The translations under genes were made by a program, and so were the position numbers. This document shows, in pieces, positions 1 to 11,477 of a stretch of DNA of 64,000 nucleotides (position 1 is its first letter; each line of letters starts with the position of its first letter). The notes beneath the pieces are model-generated. The model ran no database searches. It was not told the origin of the DNA and was given only the letters and a program-made list of their open reading frames with translations. Source of the DNA: Eledone cirrhosa (taxonomy: Eukaryota); assembly GCA_964016885.1 (NCBI GenBank), contig OZ024745.1, positions 3,038,001-3,102,000 of the forward strand, given 5' to 3'.

Positions 1-1632
1 CAGACTTGTTATTGAACTGGTCAACAGAGGTGGTTCTGGTGAGACTGCAGACTTGTTATTGAACTGGTCAGTAGAGGTGATTCTGGTGAGACTGCAGACT
101 GGTTATTGAACTGGTCAACAGAGGTGATTCTGGTGAGACTGTAGACTTGTTATTGAACTGGTCAACAGAGGTGATTCTGGTGAGACTGTAGACTTTTTAT
201 TGAACTGGTCAACAGAGGTGATTCTGGTGAGACTGCAGACTTGTTATTGAACTGGTCAGTAGAGGTGATTCTGGTGAGACTGTAGACTTGTTATTGAACT
301 GGTCAGTACAGGTGAATCTGGTGAGACTGCAGACTTGTTATTGAACTGGTCATTAGAGGTGAGACTGCAGACTTGTTATTGAACTGGTCAACAGAGGTGA
401 TTCTGGTGAGACTGTAGACTTTTTATTGAACTGGTCAACAGAGGTGATTCTGGTGAGACTGAAGACTTGTTATTGAACTGGTCAACAGAGGTGATTCTGG
501 TGAGACTGTAGACTTGTTATTGAACTGGTCAACACAGCTGATCCTGGTGAGACTGCAGACTGGTTATTGAACTGGTCAACAGAGGTGATTCTGTTGAGAC
601 TGCAGACTTGTTATTGAACAGGTCAGTAGAGGTGATTCTGGTGAGACTGCAGACTTGTTATTGAACTGGTCAACAGAGGTGATTCTGGTGAGACTGCAGA
701 CTTGTTATTGAACTGGTCAACAGAGGTGATTCTGGTGAGACTGCAGACTTGTTATTGAACTGGTCAACAGAGGTGATTCTGGTGAGACTGTAGACTTGTT
801 ATTGAACTGGTCAGTAGAGGTGATTCTGGTGAGACTGTAGACTTGTTATTGAACTGGTCAGTAGAGGTGATTCTGGTGAGATTGCAGACTGATTATTGAA
901 CTGGTCAGAAGTGGTGATTCTGGTGAGACTGTAGACTTGTTTTTGAACTGGTCAACAGAGGTGATTCTGGTGAGATTGCAGACTGGTTATTGAACTGGTC
1001 AGTAGAGGTGATTCTGGTGAGACTGTCGACTCGTTATTGAACTGGTCAACAGAGGTGATTCTGGTGAGACTGCAGACTTGTTATTGAACTGGTCAACAGA
1101 GGTGATTCTGGTGAGACTGTAGACTTGTTATTGAACTGGTCAACAGAGGTGATTCTGGTGAGACTGCAGACTTGTTATTGAACTGGTCAACAGAGGTGAT
1201 TCTGGTGAGACTGTAGACTTGTTATTGAACTGGTCAACAGAGGTGATTCTGGTGAGACTGTAGAATTGTTATTGAACTGGTCAACAGAGGTGATTCTGGT
1301 GAGACTGTAGACTTGTTATTGAACTGGTCAACAGAGGTGATTCTGGTGAAACTGTAGACTTGTTATTGAACTGGTCAACAGAAGTGATTCTGGTAAGACT
1401 GTAGACTTGTTATTGAACTGGTCAACAGAGGTGATTCTGGTGAAACTGTAGACTTGTTATTGAACTGGTCAACAGAAGTGATTCTGGTAAGACTGTAGAC
1501 TTGTTATTGAACTGGTCAACAGAGGTGATTCTGGTGAGACTGCAGACTTGTTATTGAACTGGTCAACAGAGGGGGTTCTGGTGAGACTGAAGACTTGTTA
1601 TTGAACTGGTCAACAGAGGTGATTCTGGTGAG
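1..1632. repeat. 47-bp tandem minisatellite (about 34-35 units, open at window start)
   Basis: Unit CAGACTTGTTATTGAACTGGTCAACAGAGGTGATTCTGGTGAGACTG recurs at 1, 48, 95 and onward, with point variants (gc/gt, caac/cagt) and one shortened unit near 355. The period is not a multiple of 3 and there is no ORF. Confidence 0.97.
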
Positions 1633-2055
1633 GTTTGTAACAAGATTTGGGGATAGATCAGCTCCACCTTACGTTTGTAACAATTGCCGCTAGGTTTTTA
1701 TTTTCCGTTTCTAAGTCAGAGGGAAATTTCAATGAATTAAAAATTCAAGTCGGATCTTAGCAGTATCGGGAACCCTTTCCATATATTATATTATCAACAT
1801 AGTTTTAAATATATTTTTATAATATATTACAATTTAATTTAATTATAAGATACTAATATCTTGCAGTATCAGGTAGCTTTAGCGTGTGAGCTTTGTTGTC
1901 ATCTTGCTAACTTTAAAAAGGAAGACAATGCTATTCTTCTAATTAACCTTCTATGTTGGTTCGATCTTTCAATCGAGATATTCCTCATTTTTTTTTATTA
2001 TTATCTTCTGCAATACGTTTTCGACGTGAATAAACCGTTTCAACTCTAGTGGAAT

Positions 2056-2107
2056 ATGTATGTATTTATATCTATATATGTATTTATATGTATATATGTA
2101 TTTATAT

Positions 2108-2175
<68 letters not shown>

Positions 2176-2185
2176 GCATGTATGA
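2056..2185. repeat. (TA)n-rich microsatellite
   Basis: Read directly. One of many (TA)n/(CA)n/(GT)n tracts that generate the spurious [12 protein letters not shown] ORFs. Confidence 0.95.
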
Positions 2186-2576
2186 ATATATTCTTTTTTA
2201 TAAACTCATCTCAATCATTATATTATATATTTTCTTATATATCCGTTTTACTTTGAGAATTTTGACATGTGTAAATTCTCTTCGGCACATTTTTCTCTTT
2301 CATTCTTTTGTTGGGATTTATTTTTTCTCATTTTTGTTTACATTATTTGATTTATTTTATTCTCTCCTCCAATTTGTATTGATATTTAATGTGATGTGAT
2401 GCTGGTTTTTAATCTTTTCATTCCCACAACTACCATTTTGAACTTCTATAGATTCTTATCAATCAGATTTAGTAATAAATGCTTCTGGATTTACACACAC
2501 ACACACACCCTCACACACACACACACACACATATACACACATACATACATATATATACATATATATATATATATAC

Positions 2577-2779
2577 ATCCAGAGTTGACACTGCACTCAG
2601 TGTTCCTGTGGGAGCCCCTGTATGGACACACTGGAAGATGAAGACCGAGGTTAACGTATGTTGATGCCCTAAGGACAGACACTGGTCTGTGTTGGAGACG
2701 CAGGACATGGCAGCGATAATGAGGGACAGAGACCGCTGGAGAGAACTCGTCCATGGATTTCGTGAATTTTACCCGCCCT

Positions 2780-2780
<1 letters not shown>
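2577..2780 (+). mobile_element. 3'-terminal fragment of an RTE-type LINE
   Basis: Translates with a stop and a frameshift as HPELTLHSVFLWEPLYGHTGR*RPRLTYVDALRTDTGL...QDMAAIMRDRDRWRELV. This matches the 'LWEP.HG.R.RGRP..TY.D.L..D....A..DR..WR' C-terminus typical of RTE-clade ORFs. Confidence 0.7.
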
Positions 2781-2877
<97 letters not shown>

Positions 2878-3002
2878 CCACCAATTAATGGTAGGGTCTA
2901 AACCGTATGAAGAACTCAATGTAATCCGTATGTAGATGTCGTGAAGCAAAGTTTAAAATACAAAATTTTCAACGATATAATTCATTGGATACAGAGTCAA
3001 AA

Positions 3003-4255
<1,253 letters not shown>

Positions 4256-4639
4256 AGAAAAATTTCTGTTTATTTGCCACGAGGGCACAAAAGAAAGGGA
4301 CACATACATGGGGGGGGGGGGGGTACATAAAAATCGAGTAAAAAAAATGTAATATAAAATTATAACGAAAAGGTCCTCAATAGGGAGGGATCGTTTTGGG
4401 GTCACACACACCCCCGAAAAAAAAATGTGCGACCCTTCTCCACGGGAGCACAAAGAGAGGATGCTCCCTTCTTCTTTCATCCTTTTCCACCTACAGGCTG
4501 AGGTAGAGAGAAGACCCATTCAGACGGGCCATTCTCGCCACTTTCACCCACCTTTCATAAAACTGCCTGGGGGTGGAGACACCTCTCTCTCCATCCTGAT
4601 CCTTCTTCCGAAATGGTATCGGAAGAAAAGGACCAGTTG

Positions 4640-7600
4640 TTAACCGGAAAGAAAGGTGTCCGACCTCATCCCTTTTAGATGCGTCCACCATACAACCTCT
4701 TTTACCATGGCTATTACACAGAGGAAGACCACCTCTCCTTCATTTTTGAAGGGGGGAGGCGGCTTGATCGTTACAATGGACTCGGTGGTCAACCTAATTG
4801 GTCCCACCCGTGACAGCAGTTGTTCGACATAGCCCCACAGATCGGCAACGCCCGGGCAGTGTACCAATGCGTGCGCGACGGTTTCCTCGTCGCGTACGCA
4901 TCTGGGACAGATCTTTTTCGAGAGGTCCCTACCCGGGCGTCCGTGTCTGTAGAGCTTATCCCGAACGGGCAGAGCCCCTCGGTAGCACTGACAGGCCAAG
5001 AACTTCTGGAAGTTGTCCATAGGTCCTGGGCCGAAAGTCCTACCGAATAGGCTGGCCAGTTCGTCCTCCTCCATGCCTAGGGTTTCTACGAGGGCGTCGT
5101 CGCATCTGCTAACCCCCAGCCCTCTATAGAATGACGAGGTGGAGTCTCCACCGACAGCCGGGTCCGCCTGCCAGAGAGCCGTGAGCGCCTGGGCACACTC
5201 GGTGTGCCAGTCACCCAGTTTTTCTCGGTCTTTGCTTCACCCAGGACTGCAGCTCGGTGAGCAAGACGAGCCTCGGGAAGGCTCGCCTCACAAACGGAGT
5301 CCACACTAGTTGACCGGTGAGGAATACCTGGAGGTGCCGTAGCCTCAATGCGTGTTTACGGATTTTTAGCCACGGCATCCCCAGCCCTCCTTTCAAAGGG
5401 TGTTGACAGCAGATGGATCTCCTCACCAGAGGAGACCTCTTCTTCCAAAGGAATTGAAAGAGAGCGCGCTCCATTTTGGCGAGGATCTCACTCGGGCAAG
5501 ACACGACAGTCAAGCGGTAATAGATGACGGACGCTATGTAAGCGTTCGCCACCTCCGCCCAACCTTTCAGGTATAGTTTGCACTCGGCCCACTTCTGGGT
5601 CAGTGCAAACACCCTATTCGTAACCTCACCCCAGTTTTTTTCCACCTGGAGGTCCGATCCGAACCAGACCCCAAGCAACTTCACCGGGCCCTCCGTCCAC
5701 CGTCCGACGATACCGTCGGACGACATCGCTTTGCCCCTCCACTCGCCGAGTTGCAAAACGACTGACTTGTCCCGGTTCAGCTTAGCGCCTGTCAACCTTT
5801 CGTACTCCTCCAGTAAAGTGCCGATTGCCCCGATTTCCGCGGTGGTCGACACCATTACTGTTACGTCATCGGCGTAGGCCGATACCGCTTTGCGCAATCC
5901 CGGTTCCAAACAACTCCAACTTCTGCAGTAGTGGCTCGAGAATCAATACATACAGAAGGGAGGAGAGAGTGCACCCCTGTCGGATGGCGCGAGTGATTTC
6001 GAATGGCTCCGAGAGGTAGTCGTTCACCTTGACTCTAGAGCAGATGCGGCTGCTATGCATGGCAGTGAAAACGGGTCCGAAACCAGCCGCCGCTATCACC
6101 GCATCCAGGTAACCATGGTTCACCCTATCGAAAGCTTTAGACTGGTCTAAATTGATCAGGGCCCCACCAAAGCCGGGTTCGTTCCCAACCCTCTCTATGA
6201 TGTATCGCATGAGGTAGAGGTTGTCGTGGTTGGACCTGGACGCCTCTTCGCTAACACCTTAGCCAAAATCTTTAACTCTGCATTTACAGAGTTATGGGCC
6301 TAAAATTACTAATGTCATCCCCCTTGTTCTCGTCCTTCCTCACCAGCGAGACTACGCCCTTGGTCACAGAACAGGGAATTCTCCCGTTCTGTTGCCAGTT
6401 GCAGTAGACCGCCTCGAGGAGATCGGGGAACAAGTCCGGCATATTAATATATAGTTCGTAGGGCAGACCATCGAGCCCTGGAGATTTGCGTTTGCCGCAT
6501 ATGCTTAGCACGTCCCCTATTTCAGCAGCTGAGATCGGCCTGTCGCAGGACCTCGCCTCCTCGTCCGAAAGACGCGGCAGGCCGTCGAGGTATGGACCGA
6601 AATCCACATCCCCCCCCCCCCTCCGCCCCTCCCGAACAATCGGGCAAAGTGCCTTTGAAAGGCCTCGCACATTTGCTTAGGTTCAAGGATCACCCGTCCA
6701 TCCTGGTCTCGCAAAAACCGGATAGTGGATCTAATCCCACTTTTGGCTTCTGTCACGCGGGCCCACTAACAGCTTTGGTCTCCTCGTTTCCCAGAGCACG
6801 TATTTTGCTTCGGACAACGCAGCCTTCGTGTTTCGCGTCGAAGAACTGGCTCAAGGCCGTTCTCGACGCTTGCACTCTGGCCACGTTGCCGCTTCTCGTT
6901 GCCTCTTCAACATTAACTACCAACTCCCTTTCCTTCCTATTTCTATCTGAGGCTAACTCCTTACTAACTCCTATTGAAACTACTCTAATCTCTCTTTTCA
7001 GAGAGCCCCACCACCTACTGTTGATGATGGTGCCCGTCAACCGCTCCTTAACTAAGGTTCTAATCCGGTCCCTGTAAGCTCTACTTGCCGGTAAGGACAA
7101 GTTGAGCTTCCAGTAACCGGGTCCCTGCCTATGCGTTTTATCAAGGTGGACTATGCAGGTCACTAACTTGTGGTCTGAATAGCCAACCATGAGCATTTCT
7201 GGACAACTTAAAAAGTTCCAATCCTTAATTCTAACTAAGAACCTATCTAGGTACGATCTAGATTGACCGCTATGGTTTGTCCAAGTCCATGTTGGCACAG
7301 TCGGAAAATCTAGTCGATATCTATCGGCCAGGTCAAATCGGCCGATTAACCCCTTGAGGTTGTTACACCCCCCTCTATCGGGACATGCCCCTACATAGTC
7401 CCAACGTGTATCTAGGATACCATTCCAGTCCCCCACTAAAAGCAAGGAGCGGGACGTCCCTAGAAAAGTCTCCAGACGATGGAAGAAGTCCGGCCGCATT
7501 ACCCAAAAGGCGACCAGCCTAAAAGCTTCGCCTTCACCACTGCCAAGGTCCAGAACCACTAGTCGACCCTCCGGGTCCAAGTGTACCGTCTGTGTAGCGA

Positions 7601-7844
7601 GACCCAGATGTTTTTGCAGCAGAACGACAGATGTTTTTGCACCCCCACCTCCGGGCTGACAGAGAGATGCGTGCATCTCAAAGTCATCAAAGGTGGGGGC
7701 TAGTTGTCGCACGCTGCTGATCCGGGCCTCGCAAATAACCATCACATTTATACATCGTGACCTGAGGTCATTTAGAAGTTTAGCTTGCTTCGAAGGTGAC
7801 CCAAGGCCACGCGCATTTAGACAACCTACTCTTAATACAGCCAT
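4640..7844 (-). pseudogene. LINE ORF2: apurinic-like endonuclease + reverse transcriptase + zf-RVT, split by frameshifts and a deletion
   Basis: Endonuclease motifs LNARGL, ICE, GDWN, TWTN, SYLDRF, SDHK and GPGYWKLN (6753-7844). RT motifs KSPGLDGLPYELY, FRPITL, LDQSKAFDRV, IRQGCTLS, YADD and VKLLGV (5211-6670). CPRC...ETVAHALVHC (4640-5074). Frameshifts near 6720, 6610, 6285, 5900 and 5220; the AKR-to-SRSNHDNL segment near 6240 is deleted. Confidence 0.95.
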
Positions 7845-7867
7845 GTTGGTGGTAAAGAGAGAGGCAC

Positions 7868-8707
7868 TTACCTCTCTGCGTCCCGGGGTCCGGGCTGTTC
7901 AGTTTCCATGGGGGGGGGGGTATTAGTGTGTGGAGGGGTTGGGGTGTTTGGAATTGTGTGGGTGTTTGAGGAGGGGAGGGGAAAACCTTTCAGGAGGACT
8001 AGGTTGTGTGGCTTGGTGCAGGGTGGCCCCACGTCCTCAGGGTAAATGTTTTTCAACTTCCCATGTAAGACGGGAAAAAGGTGAAGTGGGTGGATACAAT
8101 GGGCGCAATAGAATGTTTTTGCGCCGTTTCTTGGTCATTCATAAGCACCGAGATGCTACCGAAGAGTTTTCCTTTTTGGATGAACAAAATGCTTTCCATT
8201 TGGTTCCTTAAAACCTGCTCCATCTCACTCTGAGACGGTTGTACTGGGGTTTTTGTAGCATTCGAGATTGTCCTGAACACCACCGTGCTCGTGGCAATTT
8301 CTCTTTTTATTTCTTCTGGGGAATTAATGCTGAATGAACCATCGGGTTCGAAAATCACATACCTTTTTGCTTCTTCTAACTTTTGCTTTGCGTTGGTTAA
8401 ATCCAAAGGTAGGAACACTTGTGTTTCTTTTACAGTTTCCGCAAAGGAAATTTTGTTGTTGTCTTTCTTGTTATTGTTGTTGTTGTTGTCGCTGTTCACT
8501 TTGGTGTTCGTATTGGTATCGATAATTTTTCCGTTGCTGGTATTATTTCCAATTTTTGTCTTTTCGGTTGTTGTCTGTTGTTCCTTATTAACGTTTTTCG
8601 TTAAAGGAAGGGGGGGGGGGTGCTGGGGACTCTGTGCTTTCATTTTTCCTCGAAGATTTTTTTTCTTTGGAGAGCGTGGCACTATGACTTGTATTAATGC
8701 CGCCCAT
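7868..8707 (-). pseudogene. LINE ORF1 (nucleic-acid-binding protein), frameshifted and apparently internally deleted
   Basis: ORFs 8053-8682 and 7868-8056 lie directly upstream of ORF2. N/K/T-rich N-terminus, 'SFAETVK' and a Pro-rich C-terminus. No CCHC knuckle is visible, which suggests a deletion after 'FFPSYMG'. Confidence 0.65.
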
Positions 8708-9150
8708 TACTACAAGCTTTGGGGAGGGTGGCACCATGACTTGTATTAATGCCGTCCATTGCTACAAGCTTTGGGGAGGGTGGCACTATGGTATTAATGC
8801 CGTCCATTGCTACAAGCTTTGGGGAGGGTGGCACTATGGTATTAATGCCGTCCATTGCTACAAGCTTTGGGGAGGGTGGCACTATGGTATTAATGCCGTC
8901 CATTGCTACAAGCTTTGGGGAGGGTGGCACTATGGTATTAATGCCGTCCATTGCTACAAGCTTTGGGGAGGGTGGCACTATGGTATTAATGCCGTCCATT
9001 GCTACAAGCTTTGGGGAGGGTGGCACTATGGTATTAATGCCGTCCATTGCTACAAGCTTTGGGGAGGGTGGCACTATGGTATTAATGCCGTCCATTGCTA
9101 CAAGCTTTGGGGAGGGTGGCACTATGGTATTAATGCCGTCCATTGCTACA
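8677..9150 (-). repeat. 48-bp tandem monomer array (about 9-10 units) at the LINE 5' end
   Basis: Plus-strand unit GCCGTCCATTGCTACAAGCTTTGGGGAGGGTGGCACTATGGTATTAAT repeats perfectly. The two ORF1-proximal units carry 5 extra bp (ACTTG). Confidence 0.96.
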
Positions 9151-9234
9151 GGCTGAGTTCACAAAATTGTAAGAAGAAAACTTTCACCCCAAAAAGGGGC
9201 GAAAATAATAATAACCCCAACGTCTGCAGGCCTA

Positions 9235-9237
<3 letters not shown>

Positions 9238-9311
<74 letters not shown>

Positions 9312-9378
9312 CAGACAGACTGAGAGACAGACAGAGAGAGACAGACGGAAAGAGAGAGAGACAGAGACAGACAGACAT

Positions 9379-9415
<37 letters not shown>

Positions 9416-9422
9416 GTGAGAC

Positions 9423-9465
<43 letters not shown>

Positions 9466-9468
9466 GAC

Positions 9469-9519
<51 letters not shown>

Positions 9520-9540
9520 TAGAGAGAGAGAGAGAGAGGT
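9238..9540. repeat. (GA)n/(GACA)n microsatellite
   Basis: Read directly; abuts the LINE 5' end. Confidence 0.95.
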
Positions 9541-9982
9541 AAATGTATCATGACTCTTGCACGGGGTGATTGTAGTTATATTAGAATAATTATGGGGGAA
9601 CTAGTATAACAGACAGAATATAACAGAGAGAGAGAGAGAGAGAGAGACGGTGGGGTGGGGAAAGAGAGAGAGAGGGAGGGGTGATACAGAGAATAGAGGG
9701 GATGAGACAGAGAAGAGAGGGGTTGAGACAGAGAAGAGAGGGAGGGGTGAGACAGAGAAGAGAGGGGGGTGCTTTAGTGAAAGAATCAGAGATGGAAGAA
9801 GAGATGTGTAAAGGCGAAAGTAAACATTAAGAAAAAAAAAAGAAAAAGAAAAGAGAGAAAGAGGAAATTCTAAAAATAGAAACCGAGGCCATCTTGTAAT
9901 CACATACCTGATGGCAACATTACCCCTACACCTCCATTACACACATATTTACATAGTTTAGCCTATATATATATATATATAT

Positions 9983-10684
9983 ACAATATGTTGTAAAGGT
10001 AACACACTAGAGAGAGATACAGTGCACCATCAATAAAACAGGGAAAAACCACCAGTGTATGGAATCTATAACCTTGAAAGGCAGAGTATAGATACGATAA
10101 TTAAAAATATAAATTAAAGCGTAAATAAATACCTGTATAACTATATAACACACGTACAAATCCAAAGAGATCTGTTTCGCCTGTAAGTTGTTGACGGAAA
10201 TAAAATAACCCAGGTTCATCAGCGTGTGTAAGGCTATACATTTCAGACAACACGAAGAGAATTTTTAAAGCGGCCGTCCAACTACACGTGGAAGAGAGAA
10301 GTCACAGCTTGTTTAAGGGCAGTGAACCAGTGGCCTCTGAGGGACGAGCTGCTAGAAAGGGCAGCCTAAAACCACTCGGAGAAGTGTGCTCAACCAAACA
10401 AAGAGAGGAGAAAGACTGTTATAAGGAGCGAAATATCACGATACATTAACGGAGCCATAGACTCTCGCCGTTCCCTGTAAATAATGTGCTCAAAGGAGAG
10501 GAAATCCTGGGCACTTTAAAATACAATATGTTGAAAAGGTAACACACTAGAGAGAGATATAGTGCGCCATCAATAAAACAGGGAAAAGCCACCAGTGTAT
10601 GGAATCTATAACCTGTGCTCAGGATTTCCTCTCCTTTGAGTACATTATTTACAGGGAACGGCGAGAGTCTATGGCTCCGTTAAT
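9983..10684 (-). mobile_element. Non-coding Penelope-like/retrozyme-like element with direct and inverted terminal repeats, in (TA)n
   Basis: Direct repeat 9983-10074 vs 10523-10614 (offset 540). Inverted repeat 10445-10514 vs 10615-10684. Internal HHR. (TA)n on both sides. Confidence 0.75.
10148..10229 (-). ncRNA. Type I hammerhead ribozyme
   Basis: Minus strand reads acacacg-CUGAUGA-a-ccug..cagg-c-GAAA-cagauc(ucuuug)gauuuG-UA-cgugugu. Helix I 7 bp, helix II 4 bp (A.C at its base), helix III 6 bp, GUA cleavage triplet. Confidence 0.85.
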
Positions 10685-10695
10685 ATATATATATA

Positions 10696-10722
10696 TTAGC
10701 TGAATTACCCGGCGTTGCCCGG
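10696..10722 (-). mobile_element. Helitron-like 3' terminus (GC hairpin + CTRR)
   Basis: Minus strand CCGGGCAACGCCGGG-TAATTCAG-CTAA|T: a short GC-rich hairpin about 8 nt before a CTRR end followed by T. The 5' end is not firmly placed (possibly ~15480). Confidence 0.55.
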
Positions 10723-10939
10723 ATTACTGTTGTTCTTATTCAGATTAGTAAACAATAAATATGAAGATATGTTTTTTTCTCATAATTATCTTCAAAATAT
10801 CTATATTTTATTTTTTAAATATCAAAATTGTAATGATAATAGAATTTAGAAATGAAAATCTGTTAATCTTGAAGCACCTTAGGGTAAACAATATTCATTG
10901 TGTAATTTTTTGTTGGTGTTCAAATGAATAAATTGTTGC

Positions 10940-11460
10940 TACACACTCACACACATACACTCTCATATACATATACTAAGACAGACACACACACAGACCT
11001 ACATTCACGCAGATACACGCATACCTTTTCACCGCATTTTTGGTCAATTGCTACATGTGTAGATGTGTGTGTGTTTAATAACGTACCTAATGAATGCGCA
11101 CACACACACTCAGACGCATACATATTTATATACAAAATGTGACAAACGTGTGTTGTTTTCTATTGTTTTAATGCAAATGAAAATAAAAATTATCACACAT
11201 ACACCCACACACACATGCACTCTCACACATATACTTTCACATACACTCACACACGCACACAGGCACTCTCACACACACACATACACACTCACACACACAT
11301 ACACTCTCACATATACTCACACACACACATACACTCTCACATACACTCACACACTCACACTCACACACACATACACTCAAACATACATACACTCACACAC
11401 TCTCACATACATATACTAAGACAGAGACACACAGACATACATTCACACACACCTGTCTGT
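10940..11460. repeat. Degenerate (CA)n-rich low-complexity tract with a local duplication
   Basis: ATACATATACTAAGACAGA(C/G)ACACACA occurs near 10967 and again near 11407. Confidence 0.85.
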
Positions 11461-11477
11461 CATCACATATTTATCTG

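Larger units (their letters stand above)
4258..9237 (-). mobile_element. Full-span, disabled L1/Tx1-clade non-LTR retrotransposon
   Basis: Minus-strand order: 5' region with 48-bp monomers, ORF1, 23-bp spacer, ORF2 (APE endonuclease - RT - zf-RVT), then a 3' UTR ending in AATAAA near 4270. GC content is visibly higher than the flanks. Confidence 0.92.

Noticed and set aside
1-1632. 47-bp repeat as a tandem hammerhead satellite (CTGGTGA...GAAC-TG-GTC) or as a coding repeat
   Set aside because: Two invariant core positions differ and helices I and II do not pair. The 47-bp period shifts frame and no long ORF exists.
4798-7926. Plus-strand ORFs overlapping the LINE
   Set aside because: Antisense shadows of the GC-rich ORF2 with no recognisable motifs.
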